64,000 bases of DNA from contig OZ037770.1 of assembly GCA_964035545.1 (NCBI GenBank), forward strand, positions 11,490,463-11,554,462, read 5' to 3'. Origin of the DNA: Bugula neritina (Eukaryota > Animalia > Bryozoa). The position numbers were made by a program, and so were the translations under genes. How positions within the stretch are numbered: the first letter of the stretch is position 1; every line of letters begins with the position of its first letter. The notes under the pieces are model-generated. The model was given only the letters and a program-made list of their open reading frames with translations, had not been told where the DNA came from and did no database searches. Shown here piece after piece: positions 34,301 through 45,320 of the stretch.

Positions 34301-37300
34301 ATCTATCTGGACGACGTCATTGTCATCTCCCCAGACTTCTCGACTCATGTCAGCCGTCTGCGGGAGGTCTTTGACCGTCTCCGGGCTGCTGGACTGAAGC
34401 TGAAGCCCTCCAAGTGTGCACTCCTGCAGCCAGAAGTCACGTACCTGGGCCATGTGGTTGGCCGTGATGGGGTCGCTACCGATCCAGAGAAGGTACAAGC
34501 TGTGAAGGAGTGGACTGTTCCCCGTGACCTCCCTGAGTTGCGTGCTTTCCTGGGCCTAGTAGGGTACTACCGGCAGTACATACCTAGGTTCGCAGGAGTG
34601 GCTCAACCGTTAAATCGGCTGACCGCGAAGGTAGTCCGGTGGCAGTGGACACAGGAGGAGCAACAGGCATTCGACCACCTCAAGCAACGGCTAATGGAAG
34701 CGCCAATCCTGGCGTATCCTGATCCAGCCAAGAAGTACATCCTGGACACCGACGCCAGCGACCACAGCGTGGGAGCCGTCTTGTCTCAAGTCCAGGGTGG
34801 AAGTGAAGTGGTCGTGGCTTACTATAGCAAGACTCTCGCGGCCGCCGAGAAGAACTACTGCACCACTAGGAAGGAACTCCTAGCAGTAGTCAAGGCGGTC
34901 AAGCACTTTCGGCCATATCTGTATGGGAAATCGTTCCGTCTGCGAACAGACCATGCATCACTGATATGGCTGTGTAAACGTGCAGAGCCCTCGAGCCAGG
35001 TGGCTCGTTGGCTAGAGATTCTTGCTGAGTTCTCCTACCGGATAGAGCACCGTGCAGGCCGGAAGCATGGGAACGCCGACGGCATGAGCCGCCGGCCGGT
35101 AGAGGACTGTAAGCAATGCCTACACATTGAACGGCGGGACGGGGGACCCGCTCGCCTTGACGTGGAAGCAGGACTAGTGGAGGGCACCACCTACCAGTGG
35201 GAGCACGGCCATCTTCGGACCGAAACCCACCAGGACGGTGTCCAGGCACTCCACGCCAACCCTACTCTGCACCAGAACGTCAAGGAGCTGTGCCGACTCC
35301 AGGAGACGCTACCCGGCGCGGTAGCAGACATCTTCCGGGCCAAGAAGGAGAGCCGACGGCCTAGCGAGGAACAGCAGCGACAGGGGGACGTTGAGTTCCA
35401 ACTCCTCTGCCGTCGCTGGGATGCCCTCAAGGTCAGTCCCGATGGCCTCCTGATGATAACGTTAGCAGCAGACAACCGCCAGCAGAAGAGGGACCGCGTC
35501 GTCTGTCCACGCGCCCTCCGGCGGGAACTGATCTGGGACACCCATAAGCAGGCTCATGCTGGAGTCAGTCGGGTCATCAGGTGTCTGCGGCTACGTTGGT
35601 ATTGGCCCGGAATGACTCGGGACGTACGACTGCGGGTACGGCAATGCGAGGTCTGCCAAGCTAGCAAGCATGGCCGCTCCACGGAAACCACTGGTCGACG
35701 CCGGCTGTACGCTGGTCGACCGTGGCAAGTAGTGGCGGTAGACCTCGTCGGGCCTATGCCGTTATCCACCAGAGGGAACACCTGGATACTGGTGCTCACG
35801 GACCACTTTACCCGGTGGGCGGACGCTCTGGCTATTCCAGACGCCACCGCCCCCACGGTGGCCCGGACCCTGGACCAACATGTATTCTGTTACCTCGGTT
35901 TGCCCGAGCAGATACATACAGACCAGGGTGCCCAGTTCCAGTCCCAGCTCATGGGAGACCTCTGCCGGATATGGGGGGTGAACCAGAGTCGGACCACCCC
36001 ATATCACCCGCAAGGGAACGGAGTCGTCGAGAGGAACAACAGGATGTTGGGTGACGCGCTCCGGAGCCTGCTGCTTGGTCGAGGTCAGGAAGAATGGGAC
36101 GTGGTGCTGCCGCAGATCATGCGGGCTTACCGCAGCACACCACACTCCGCCACGCAGGAGACCCCAAACTTCCTGATGTTAGGCCGAGAGACGCGGGTCC
36201 CGGAACACCTGACGTACCATGTTCCTGCCCCCGAGTCACCGGTACACGAATATGTGGAGGGTCTGATGGACATCATGGGCAAAGCTCATGATGCGCTGCG
36301 CACCCAGCAGTGGCAGACCCGCACAGAGGACTCAGAGGAGCCCCCGTTGTACCAAGTGGGAGACTGGGTCTGGATGATGAGTTACCGTAGGCGGCGCGGA
36401 CAGTCGGCTAAGCTTCAGCCCAAGTTCGTCGGCCCCTACTGCGTAGTAGAGGTGCTGCCCAACCACACATACCGTGTGGAGCGCTCTGGACAGGTCTCTG
36501 TCCAGAGCGAGCAGCGCCTCAAACCTTACCATGCCAGCCCAGACGCGGTGGGTCAGGCTCCACCCCTCTTTGAGCCCCACCGTCAGCCCAACCGACGTGG
36601 ACGGGCCACCCGGCCCCGTGAGGTGGAGATTATGGTCCCCAGGGAGGCAGACCAGGAGCAAGCCGCCCTGATAGAGCAGCTGGAGCGACAGCAGAGAGCG
36701 GAGCGGGAGCAGGAACAGCAGCAAGCCCTTGGCTCACAACCCTTCCCGGGGGAGGACACCCCCACCCCCGTACGGGGTGAAGACGGGGACCCCCCTACCA
36801 GGGCAGCCCAGGAGCCACCAACACCACCAGAGTCTGTTCCACTTGAGAGGAGCCAGCGGCCAAGAAGACCTCCCAGGTACCTGGCAGACTATGCTGTAGG
36901 ACACCTGGAGGGGCCCCCTCCTGAGGAAGACCCCCCCCACACTGACTGCCACCCCATCTTGGTTGGAAATTCCCTCCATCACCCCGGAGAATTCCACCAA
37001 GAAGAAGAAATGGCCGACCGAATTTCGGAAGACACTCGATCACGCGAGTTGTCTTCTCGAAATCCGGGGGAAATTCCCACGAGTCACGCGACTCGGGCTT
37101 CAGCAGGTAAAACTTCTGAAGCACGAGGTTCGGCCATTTCTCATTCTGACTTCACACAGCTCGCACGGCAGTTGCAACTCAAACTAAATTCTGATTCTAA
37201 TACTCATTTTGACTTTACCACTGTTCTCCGTACGCTATCAGCAGCTATGGGAATTACTCTACCAGATACACAATCAGGTATTTCTTCTAGATTAGATCCT

Positions 37301-40300
37301 CCAGTTGCGGAGTCTAGTCAAATTACAGTAGACTGGTCTTTACTAGACTTACTTGGTTCTGATCTCTTAGAACCGGAGGCCGAGATGGATCTTGGAGATG
37401 ACTCTGCCATTGATACATTGTTGAATCACGATGTAGGCTCAGTCAATTTCTGCGATACACCTCGGCCCTCGGTTTTTAACTTATCTCCATACACACCTGT
37501 GCCGAATAGTGAGACCGGCTTCTCACAGCCTCTACTATCTATTCTAGAGGAGCGAATGGACGTTGAGGAGGCCAGTCGGTCCGACTCCCCTCTCCCACCG
37601 GCCCTTGCTTCGGCTTCTACCAGCCAGCAGGCCGCCACCTCCTCCACAGAGGTGTGTTCCGCCATGGTTGGCCCTGACCCCAAACCGGTCGAGCTTCAGC
37701 TCACGGCCGGGGAGGAGCAGGGCATCCTACACGGCGACCACCTGCCAGCAGGAGAAGATACCTCCCCAATACTGGCCCTGCCTCGGGCCCTGGTCGCCCG
37801 CCAGTATTGGGTGACTGGACCCACCAACCTGAAAATTGGTGATGCTTGCGGTGAGCCGGGCAACCGCATCTGCCATGAGTGTAAGAGGAAATTCTCCTCT
37901 GCACGGCGGTTGCGCGTACACGCCCCACAGCACTACATCAACGTGTTTTGCCCGTGTGGGGAGTTCTCCTACCAGAGAGACTATGTGTTGAGACATCAAC
38001 GCATAGCTCACTGCCACACGGGCTACACGTTTGCTGTAGACCAGGCCTCCTTTCCCGAATTTCGGGACCTGGTGCTGCCACACGTGGCGGATCCCCACAA
38101 ACGGGCTGCTCTCGCCCTGGGATTCCCCGCGTGTAGGCCTGTTCGGGAAGAAGAAGGGGAGCCCGCCGCGACACCCCAACCGGCAGCCACCCAGCCACTT
38201 CGGGTCATGCTGGCACGGGTCGGACCAGGTGCCAGGGCCGATTCATCGGACCTGGGCCCCCGACCCTCGGCGGCGGGCGAGAAGCAGACGCACCGCCAGC
38301 GACGTCCTGCCCGTGGTACTACCGACCGCCCTAGGCACCAGACGTCAGCTCAGTTGGCAGAGGAGGTCCACCAGTTACGCCGGCAGCTCCGCAGATATGA
38401 AGAGGAGCTGGGGCAACTCCGGAGACGAGTTAGCCGCCTGGAGCGGGGTCGATCTGGCGACCGCCGCTGAGACTATTTGTATAGTTTTTTTTTTTCTTTT
38501 CTACTCTTATTCTTTGTTTGTTTATTATATGTGTGTAAGTTCTTCATGTAATGCATGTACCTATTCATGCTCTGTTTTTCTTGTGTGTGCACAAATCTTC
38601 CCTGTTTTTTTTTTGTTGTTATCATTGTATTATTACTATCACTGCATGTTTACCATATTTTTTTTTTTTGTGTGTTAATTTCAACTGTGCGTTTTATTGT
38701 CGTGTCATTCCCTGTTGTGTGTTTGTGTTGTGTACGCCTCTTTATCGGAAAGCATGCTTTCCGATGGGGGGTGTGTGTGGTAAATTTATGTTGTGTGTGT
38801 GTGTCCTTTGTTGCCGAGATCGGTACTTCGGTCCTCCGAAACACCGATATGCCGATTCTCGGCATATCGGAATACCGAAGTACCGAAATGCCGGATTCGG
38901 CATTTCGGATTCCCGAAGTACCGATATTCGGTATTTCGGGCCTCCGATCTCGGCAAACAAAGGAATGTCTTTGTCCTGCATGTATATAAAAGCCAGCGAG
39001 TTCCAGTATAGTTCAGTCTACTACTGGAGCTCGCTGGATAAAGACCATTGATTCACTCGGACTATACTACAATAAAGATTATCTACATTTTACCTTATTT
39101 CTCGCCTTGTTTCTCATACAAGCATGTAACAGCACTAGTTTCATTCACAATCCACAAAACTATCACAATAGGTCTTTAAAAATAACGAAGCTTATTATTG
39201 TCATTTATTTCTGTTTCAGATTTACTTCAATATTAAAAAAAAGTGAAAATAAAATAATTTACACAACTTATTGTTTTACATTTGCTGCAACTATCTTCAC
39301 ACCAGCCTTGATTATTCACTTCTTTTACAGCTGTAAAAGTGTTAACAATCTGCAAGCTAGGACATCATATCTGTATAGCTATAACATCATATCCGTATAG
39401 TTATGGCATCATATCTGTATAGTTATGGCATCATATCTGTATAGTTATGATATCATAGCTGTATAGTTATGACATCATAGCTGTATAGTTGTGACATCAT
39501 AGCTGTATAGTTGTGACATCATAGCTGTATAGTCATGACATCATGATTATACAATTTTGTCAGCCCAAGTAAAGTTGTAGAGCTTAAGACTTGGCTTAAA
39601 GCAAGACTTGAATTTGTGAATGTTACAATTTCCACCTCTAAATTCCACATTACAACTACACTTTGAAATAAAATACAATGTATAGTTTATATTTGTATCT
39701 GTTTGTCGCCACATTTGTGTTCCGTGTGTACCATATGTATTATAATTGGTAATGTTGACATTTTTATGCATATCGTTATGTAAACATACACAGGGCTGAC
39801 AACAATTATTAAATGAAGTTATCTCAACATATCCCTGCATGCTGATGCTTAGTGCATACTATGCTATGCTTGTTTACTGTAGGTGGATCTGGTTGAAGGA
39901 TTTGCAGAGATTAAAGAAAGAATACAGAGACTGATATCTGTTGAGATACCTAAACTAGAGCTGTGTGATGTCATGTCTCTAAAGGTCAAAGGTTAGCATA
40001 CTACGCTAGAGATTCTAGCACAGTATTATACTACTAATATTTTTAAAAGCTTCTAATAATCATGTATCTGCATTATATAATATAACTTTAACATTTGGCA
40101 TCTTATCTGAAAATTAACCCCATGTGTGTGAAACTACTGGTTCGAAAATTTGAGTTTCTGTTCAAATAGCCCTGTGTGTAGGTTTACTCAGAGTTTCTAT
40201 TAATAGAATATATACACATACTCACCTTTATATGACATACATATTATATATACATACTCACTTACATATAAGTATACACACATACACACATATTCACATG

Positions 40301-41257
40301 TATATTGTAGAGGAGAAGAGAGATGCAGAAGTAGACTTGGTTCCTGCAGCAGACATGATTATTAGTTTAGATCCTCCTAAATCTCTTAAACTCTTACAGT
40401 CTGTTGATGTTTCTAGTTACTGTTATTCTGTCTGTAAATATGAGGATAACACTTATGTAGGGCTGGATAGTGCAGGGATAGACAGAATAGATAGAAGTTT
40501 CAGTGTTTCCAAGTCTTTTATTTCTACTACTAACAATGTAACTGGAGTCACAGTACATAGGAAAAGGCTGTATTCTGTACAGGGTAATACCGTGTCTGTG
40601 TATGATCTTACTGGGAAACAGGTGACCAGTTGGTCTCACCATGATAACTGTGGGTATATAAACAAACTTGTTATTGTTGATGATCAGGTTGTAGTTCCTG
40701 ATAGAGGCAGTAAAAGGCTTACAATCTACTCTCTTACTGGGAAAGTAATTAAACATGTCTCCTGCCCTCTACTCAGTAAGGATGCTGTAGCAATATGTGC
40801 AGCAGACAGACATTGTGTAGTAGTTTCTGATTATGGTTCCTCTCAAGTATTTAAATTAGACTTGACAACAGAGAAAGTCATCTGGACATGCAAGGATGTA
40901 TCTCAACCACTAAGTGTGACCTGCTATAGAAGTAGATATATTCTTGTGAGTAACTACAGCAGTAAAACCACCATCTGGATACTGGGTGTGGAGACAGGTT
41001 AGTTTTACATTGGTTAGTTAACTACTGTGACCAATATAATAGTATTTCTCACAGTCTCACACTACAAAATATACTATGCTATGTACTAGTGATGACACAC
41101 TAATACATCATTTCCTGTTACAGGTACACAACTGTCCAAAGTGGACGATCCAACTGATAGAGCTGAGAGTAGTGTGTGTGATCTCCATGTGTATAAAGAC
41201 ACTCTGATTGTACCTAGATACAGTGAGAAGAAAGTTCTGTTTTACCAGCTAAACTAA
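28309..41257 (+). CDS. TRIM copy C5 (about 591 aa), ORF intact, Gypsy element inserted in intron 5
   Basis: Exons 28309-28460, 28608-28764, 29079-29262, 30528-30709, 30973-31143, 39883-39991, 40311-40997, 41124-41257; total 1776 nt, in frame. Confidence 0.88.
29480..30050 (-). mobile_element. 5'-truncated LINE (CR1/L2-like) 3' fragment in intron 3 of C5; remnant also at 1-120 in C1
   Basis: HHTAPLFKK..ILQIENLYKLKIL...HSYSTR matches the typical CR1/L2-group ORF2 C-terminus; short-repeat tail near 29480-29700. Confidence 0.7.
30003..30105. repeat. Near-perfect ~100-bp palindrome at the 5' end of the LINE fragment
   Basis: GAGAGGGGCTGTGTGATGCAAAA...TTTTGCATCACACAGCCCCTCTC. Confidence 0.9.
31620..32519 (+). 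CDS. gag: Gypsy Gag (299 aa) with CCHC knuckle
   Basis: CWECGMPGHVRRHC; follows the PBS. Confidence 0.92.
   Translation: MAPGDPAPEAAAPPALTIEALVTALQGLRGQGQAAPGDRYRLQPPTFGGDGDVEQFIKEFEDVAATAEWPVRVRVLQLRACLTGRARNFALGPDEAHILRALRARFGLTTEEASDQLQVMRRDRRTSLEDHANEVERLAQAAFGHATGDDRKRLIFNAFFRSVNHPDLQRYWLAAKVKSLDEALEMGKAYFQVEEPRRANYAARQVAGDAEEIPPTPQVAAAATPSPEQTQLNMLMSMMKGLQATVTELQRNQTDRRAPRSRDDPVRPPMPTCWECGMPGHVRRHCPKGQKPLNTRGSR
32495..32560 (+). promoter_or_regulatory. -1 ribosomal frameshift signal (T TTA AAC plus downstream stem or pseudoknot)
   Basis: Heptamer is in the gag frame, pol is in the -1 frame; stem GGCTCACGG/CCGTGGGCC follows. Confidence 0.8.
32516..38470 (+). CDS. pol: Gypsy Pol (PR, RT, RNase H, integrase with GPY/F) fused to a long C-terminal extension with C2H2-like zinc fingers and a coiled coil
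   Basis: LLDTGC, YLDD (34304), DTDASD, HHCC (HKQAH..CEVC), D-D-E core and KFVGPY; uninterrupted 1984-codon ORF. Confidence 0.95.
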   Translation: MNSATRGPHANSVRDRTRKTTEETSPESTYIEWHANRRSRRPKGLPDPPALPLDTRMELEETGWQAPRRSRRPQGLPDPPAWPLRNRFAGLPEEVVEEDSAYSQEYPKLPSRPQKTPVVSKTKRRPAVRTQVVSPPETDRSRSTQPYGSSYFLPGKISGKAATFLLDTGCTTNLLSRRLFDTLGARERASLEPYEGAHGTLADGSCIPFYGVISLPGRVRDQAVHETFIVSQLKEDAILGMPFLEKHQCHMDFQKSVVVMAGKELVCVDKFGRPLVGGVQVVRDCTVPGRSQATLRCRVNCKEIAGLGMVEGTHGAIRLANSLNRLDCRQELLVQCINPFTEPVQLSAGALVGKYHSIQEADVGPALETVADNQGNPPHTRREAVPEHLADLYGGACGNCTSSTERQVLAQLLAEYSDVFSRGDRDMGLTKVISHEIPLAADTTPIRQPTRRLGPEKEKEVSRQVQDLLDRDLIEPAHGAWSSPVVLVKKKDGSWRFCVDYRRLNNATIQDAYPLPRIDESLDALAGSKYFSTLDLLSGYWQVPLSPDAQDKAAFITRDGLWKWKVLPFGLTSAPATFQRLMEQVLSGLHWKTLLIYLDDVIVISPDFSTHVSRLREVFDRLRAAGLKLKPSKCALLQPEVTYLGHVVGRDGVATDPEKVQAVKEWTVPRDLPELRAFLGLVGYYRQYIPRFAGVAQPLNRLTAKVVRWQWTQEEQQAFDHLKQRLMEAPILAYPDPAKKYILDTDASDHSVGAVLSQVQGGSEVVVAYYSKTLAAAEKNYCTTRKELLAVVKAVKHFRPYLYGKSFRLRTDHASLIWLCKRAEPSSQVARWLEILAEFSYRIEHRAGRKHGNADGMSRRPVEDCKQCLHIERRDGGPARLDVEAGLVEGTTYQWEHGHLRTETHQDGVQALHANPTLHQNVKELCRLQETLPGAVADIFRAKKESRRPSEEQQRQGDVEFQLLCRRWDALKVSPDGLLMITLAADNRQQKRDRVVCPRALRRELIWDTHKQAHAGVSRVIRCLRLRWYWPGMTRDVRLRVRQCEVCQASKHGRSTETTGRRRLYAGRPWQVVAVDLVGPMPLSTRGNTWILVLTDHFTRWADALAIPDATAPTVARTLDQHVFCYLGLPEQIHTDQGAQFQSQLMGDLCRIWGVNQSRTTPYHPQGNGVVERNNRMLGDALRSLLLGRGQEEWDVVLPQIMRAYRSTPHSATQETPNFLMLGRETRVPEHLTYHVPAPESPVHEYVEGLMDIMGKAHDALRTQQWQTRTEDSEEPPLYQVGDWVWMMSYRRRRGQSAKLQPKFVGPYCVVEVLPNHTYRVERSGQVSVQSEQRLKPYHASPDAVGQAPPLFEPHRQPNRRGRATRPREVEIMVPREADQEQAALIEQLERQQRAEREQEQQQALGSQPFPGEDTPTPVRGEDGDPPTRAAQEPPTPPESVPLERSQRPRRPPRYLADYAVGHLEGPPPEEDPPHTDCHPILVGNSLHHPGEFHQEEEMADRISEDTRSRELSSRNPGEIPTSHATRASAGKTSEARGSAISHSDFTQLARQLQLKLNSDSNTHFDFTTVLRTLSAAMGITLPDTQSGISSRLDPPVAESSQITVDWSLLDLLGSDLLEPEAEMDLGDDSAIDTLLNHDVGSVNFCDTPRPSVFNLSPYTPVPNSETGFSQPLLSILEERMDVEEASRSDSPLPPALASASTSQQAATSSTEVCSAMVGPDPKPVELQLTAGEEQGILHGDHLPAGEDTSPILALPRALVARQYWVTGPTNLKIGDACGEPGNRICHECKRKFSSARRLRVHAPQHYINVFCPCGEFSYQRDYVLRHQRIAHCHTGYTFAVDQASFPEFRDLVLPHVADPHKRAALALGFPACRPVREEEGEPAATPQPAATQPLRVMLARVGPGARADSSDLGPRPSAAGEKQTHRQRRPARGTTDRPRHQTSAQLAEEVHQLRRQLRRYEEELGQLRRRVSRLERGRSGDRR
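39361..39545. repeat. 22-bp minisatellite, about 8 units, intron 5 of C5
   Basis: Same unit as 1361-1743. Confidence 0.92.
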
Positions 41258-44200
41258 ACAGGTGTGTGACAGGATATTATTCCATCTTGTGCTACATTTA
41301 TTATATTGTTTATCACACTAGACTCTGTTTGAATACATTTGGTGCTCAACTCTGTGTTTTCTACTAATGTACATATTTGTAATGATATGTCTGAGATGTA
41401 CAACTTCTACACATACACTGTGTCTGTTATTTCTAGATGATTCTCAAAGTTGACTCGGTAGACTGAGTTCTTTAACACACAGCTATGATAGAGTGTGGGA
41501 GCCTGTATGACGTCCCAGTAATTCACTTACTCAAGCTATGCATAGTGTGAGAGGACATATGACATCTCAGTAACTAACACGTACAGCTTAACATTACTAA
41601 TTTCAAGGAATAATTTACTTTCACTTGTACCAAGCCTATTCCACACAACCTGCATGACTTCACGGTATTAAGTAGACTATAGCTTTTTATATATCCAACC
41701 TGATTTGTATTGAAAGTCATATAGAGATCAATGTATTGATAGTGTCTACATTTCCTACAGACTGAAATACTATTATATTATAATGTCTACTATTTACTAT
41801 CAAATATCAACCACTACTGCTGCATTAATTTTGACTGATGATCATAATATATGATTTATTACTTAATTTTTGTCTTTGCAAAATTTGATTCCATAATGCT
41901 AACTAGATTTTATGTTTGAATTTGGTTTTTATTTTCTTTAAATATTCTGTGAAAATAAATTGCCTTTTTTAGGCTATAAATACTCTTGATTGGACCTCTG
42001 AATGCAACATCACAGAGTTATGTAATAGTTGACTGTATGGTTGTTTTACAGGAAGTTTTTGAAAAATTACATGTCATGGTGTCCTTGTTCGGAAATCGAT
42101 TTAGGCAGCAAAAGCTTGGGGTCACTGAGTGCATTGGCTGAGGACTTCTCAAGTTTTGGTATGGACCTCGAATGATAGTGTTCACTGAACAATGAACTCA
42201 GTGACCTTGAAGTTTGTGCTGCCCTTAACCATAATTTCTTAGTTTCAACCATAGTGCATAGTTTACTACATAGTTATGATGTATACTAGAGGTGTCCAAA
42301 TTCAACTACCAAAGCTACATGTGATGCCTAACCTTTAACCTTTAAATCATGATACTATAAAAGTGTCCAATTTCAATCACAATAGGTCTGTGTGGACCAA
42401 CTAATATCTGCTTGTAAACCAAATGGTAGAGTCTAGAACCAGTAAAGGTTATGATAGCTTTACTTCCTGTTTACCTGGTTTCCAATAGCAACAATGTTAC
42501 ATGAATATCAGTCAGGTATTGTGAGGGTACACGAAACCTGTATAAGTGTAGTTGTTAAGTAATTACTAATGTGACAGTAGTATATAGTATTGGACAGTCT
42601 CTGATATGTTAGTAACATCTTTGAGTTGTTACACCTGACTTCTCCATATGGTGATGGTAAGATTCTTTAACCTCAGGTCTAGTCTACTGACCATTTGTAG
42701 CTCTTTTGGTTTGAGTGACAGTTTGAGATCCTTGAGTGGCAACATAACCATCATAATCATTTGATTGGCTGTGTTAGAATAATAGTCAAAGTGATTTATT
42801 ATTCCAATAATTATATTCTATAAACAGTGAATAAATTAAAGTGGTTACAGCTACTATTAGCAAAATATTTTACTATAAACGCATCACCATGCCGTATACC
42901 TGCAATAAAATTTACAGAATTTATATTCTGTGTAGAGTATAACATAAGCAGTGTAACAGCCTGTTATATAGAGATACTTGGAGACTCTTGCTGGGGTTAT
43001 GTTCAACTTTATTGACTCAGCACTTCGGTTTAGAAAATGGTTGCTTTATTACATTCCCAGACAGTATTTCACATGCTGTAGAGTTTGAAGTAGCTACACC
43101 AGTGTAACTGTTACCAAGTATTCACAACTGTTTCCTGTAAATAGAATAATCACATTGTGATAAGCTGTCAGACTGGTATATCACTAAATACAACTAACAG
43201 GACTAGTTTTATAATGATGCTGGATATAAATAACTCAGACATCCTCTGTGGGGGAGACAACACCCTGTATTATGAACTCATGGTCTTTCTGACAGCATAT
43301 CTTAGTGCTGATGCACTTTCTGCTATATTGGTATCTGTTTCATTTGTATCTCAAAGAGTTGGACTTTATTTTGAATGCATAAAGTTATATATAACAATAA
43401 GGCTCTATGATGCAGTAACTGATTCATGTACATTTTCTTTTTTACATGCATTTCAAATAATTACTATACTATTATTTATTGCAGCAGATATTGTAGCTAC
43501 AATAAATCATGACAATTGTTTTATTATAGATAAAATTAAACCTAATGAGTCAAATAAATGGTGGACCGATACCATTTTCGTCACAAAAAATGTTATTAGT
43601 GTCTCAAGTTTGAAAAAATTGAGTATTCTTACGAAGATAAAGGGCATGGTAACATACACAACATATAGTTTGTTGGTCTTTAAACTGCAAATCTAAATGC
43701 CAGACCACAATATAATACTACATCTACATTAATTTGAACACAACTTTATAGCTTATACATACATATATATTGAAAGACTAAATTCCACACCCATTTCCAT
43801 ATATCCATCCATATTCCAATTAATATTATTCTTCCCAATAATTGTGGAGTAAATCATCTACAGAATACTTTAAAGTTTAAAGCCCAGTTCACACTTATAA
43901 ACAGTGGAGTCACTATTCAAGAAATAGTTGTAGTCTGTATTGGTTAGTGAGGTCATAGCTGCTTCACTGCTAGTACAAACAGAAACTGCACTCAAACTCA
44001 AAGTTACCTACATGGTGAGAATTTTCTTTGTTTCAAGGATTGTCACATGGATATCTACTGTAAAGCATAAAAGTGAAATTCATAAAATGATGGGCAAACT
44101 AAAATGGCATATGAGGCTTTCACAGCACATTATAACATACAGTGCTCCCTCTGTATCTCCCTAAGCGACAGGTGTAAAGCCTCAACTCGTGTCATATTAG

Positions 44201-44952
44201 AATGCCAGATTCAACTCACGGATCAGTTGAAATTGGTGATTAGGTTCCTATACACACATACATCAGCCACAAAACAGGGGTCAAACTGCTTTCGTGACCT
44301 ATAGAAGTTCGTGAGAAAGGGGTCCTTGAGACACAGAGGGAGCACTGTCTCTAATACTAATTGCACACAGGTTTTGTTTGGAAAGATAACTCTGAAGGAG
44401 GAACCGATAAGTACATGGTGCTGCAAAGCTTATCAATAGTGTTATTACCATTGAACTATAACTATAGTTTCAGTTCAGTGTTATTACTGCATGGGTTAGT
44501 AGAGTATTCCCTAATTATCTATTATCCTGCTACTACATTATGAGATTGATTGGATTATTAACAATGTGTTAACTGACTATACACTGATAAACCCCACAAG
44601 AGCAAATTCATAACACTATTGTAAAGCATAGAAGTGAGATTGTAAAATGATGAACAAACATAAAATGATGGGCAAACTACAATGGCCTGAAGCTATCAGC
44701 ACATTATATACAGTGCACCCTCTTTATCTCACTAAGCGACAGGTCTAAAACCTCAATACACACATCAGCAACAAAACAGGGTCTAAGCTGTTCTCGTGAC
44801 CTATAGAAATTCGTGAGAAAGGGGTCCTTGAGATCCACTGTATCAAATCTATTGGGCACAGGTTTTGTTTGGAAAGATAATTCTGAAGGAGGAACCGATA
44901 CGTTAATGATGCTGCAACGCTCATCAATAGTGTTATTACTGCGTGCGTTAGT

Positions 44953-44978
44953 GGGGAATTCCCCCAGTCCAGGGTAAG
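44953..44978 (+). promoter_or_regulatory. NF-kB/Rel site GGGGAATTCCCC plus donor-like CAGG/GTAAG upstream of C6
   Basis: Perfect 12-bp kB palindrome at 44953-44964. Confidence 0.55.
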
Positions 44979-45194
44979 CGTTATTTTAATCCCGCATCTG
45001 CGCAGAAAGGTCTAACACTAACAGGAACTATAGGCTAAGTAGTTCCATAGGTCTTCCGTGACAAGGTAAAGTTTACCAACAGCAATAACTGCAAGTGTTA
45101 GCAAACTTGAAAGCGATGTTCATTGTTTTCAAATTTTAGTTTTAAAATCAACTTATTGTAGTTCTATTATCTCTAGTTTCGGATAGTTATACTG

Positions 45195-45320
45195 ATAGTG
45201 ACACTCATACTCATACTCATAGTCATACTGATACTCATACTTATACTGTTTCACACAGTCTCACTCACTTGGCTCATAGTGATAGTCAGTGACAGTCACA
45301 CTGACACTCACTTACAGTAC
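45195..45320. repeat. Degenerate (ACTCAT)n simple repeat; also near 27330-27420 and 60155-60310
   Basis: Hexamer runs in all three type-B spacers. Confidence 0.75.

Larger units (their letters stand above)
31177..39167 (+). mobile_element. Full-length, young Ty3/Gypsy LTR retrotransposon (7991 bp)
   Basis: 392-bp LTRs 31177-31568 and 38776-39167 (TG...CA, two mismatches seen), ATAG TSD (31173-31176, 39168-39171), tRNA-Leu PBS at 31570, G-rich PPT near 38763-38772, PR-RT-RH-IN order; empty site in C1 at 1168-1171. Confidence 0.97.

Noticed and set aside
13266-38470. Reverse transcriptases beside hypervariable genes as a diversity-generating retroelement
   Set aside because: Both RTs are ordinary Gypsy Pol in LTR context. 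There is no template-repeat/variable-repeat pair, the variation is not confined to adenines, and the variable exons keep their introns.
37010-38470. Pol extension as an env gene
   Set aside because: No signal peptide or transmembrane segment; it contains zinc-finger and coiled-coil motifs instead.
32219-38678. Many overlapping and antisense ORFs within the Gypsy elements and LTR-spanning ORFs
   Set aside because: Expected by-products of GC-rich coding DNA and palindromic LTRs; no motifs.
43157-43696. 179-aa hydrophobic ORF in the type-B spacer
   Set aside because: Paralogous spacers (near 25590-25830 and 58788-59110) have stops and deletions, and I recognise no domain.
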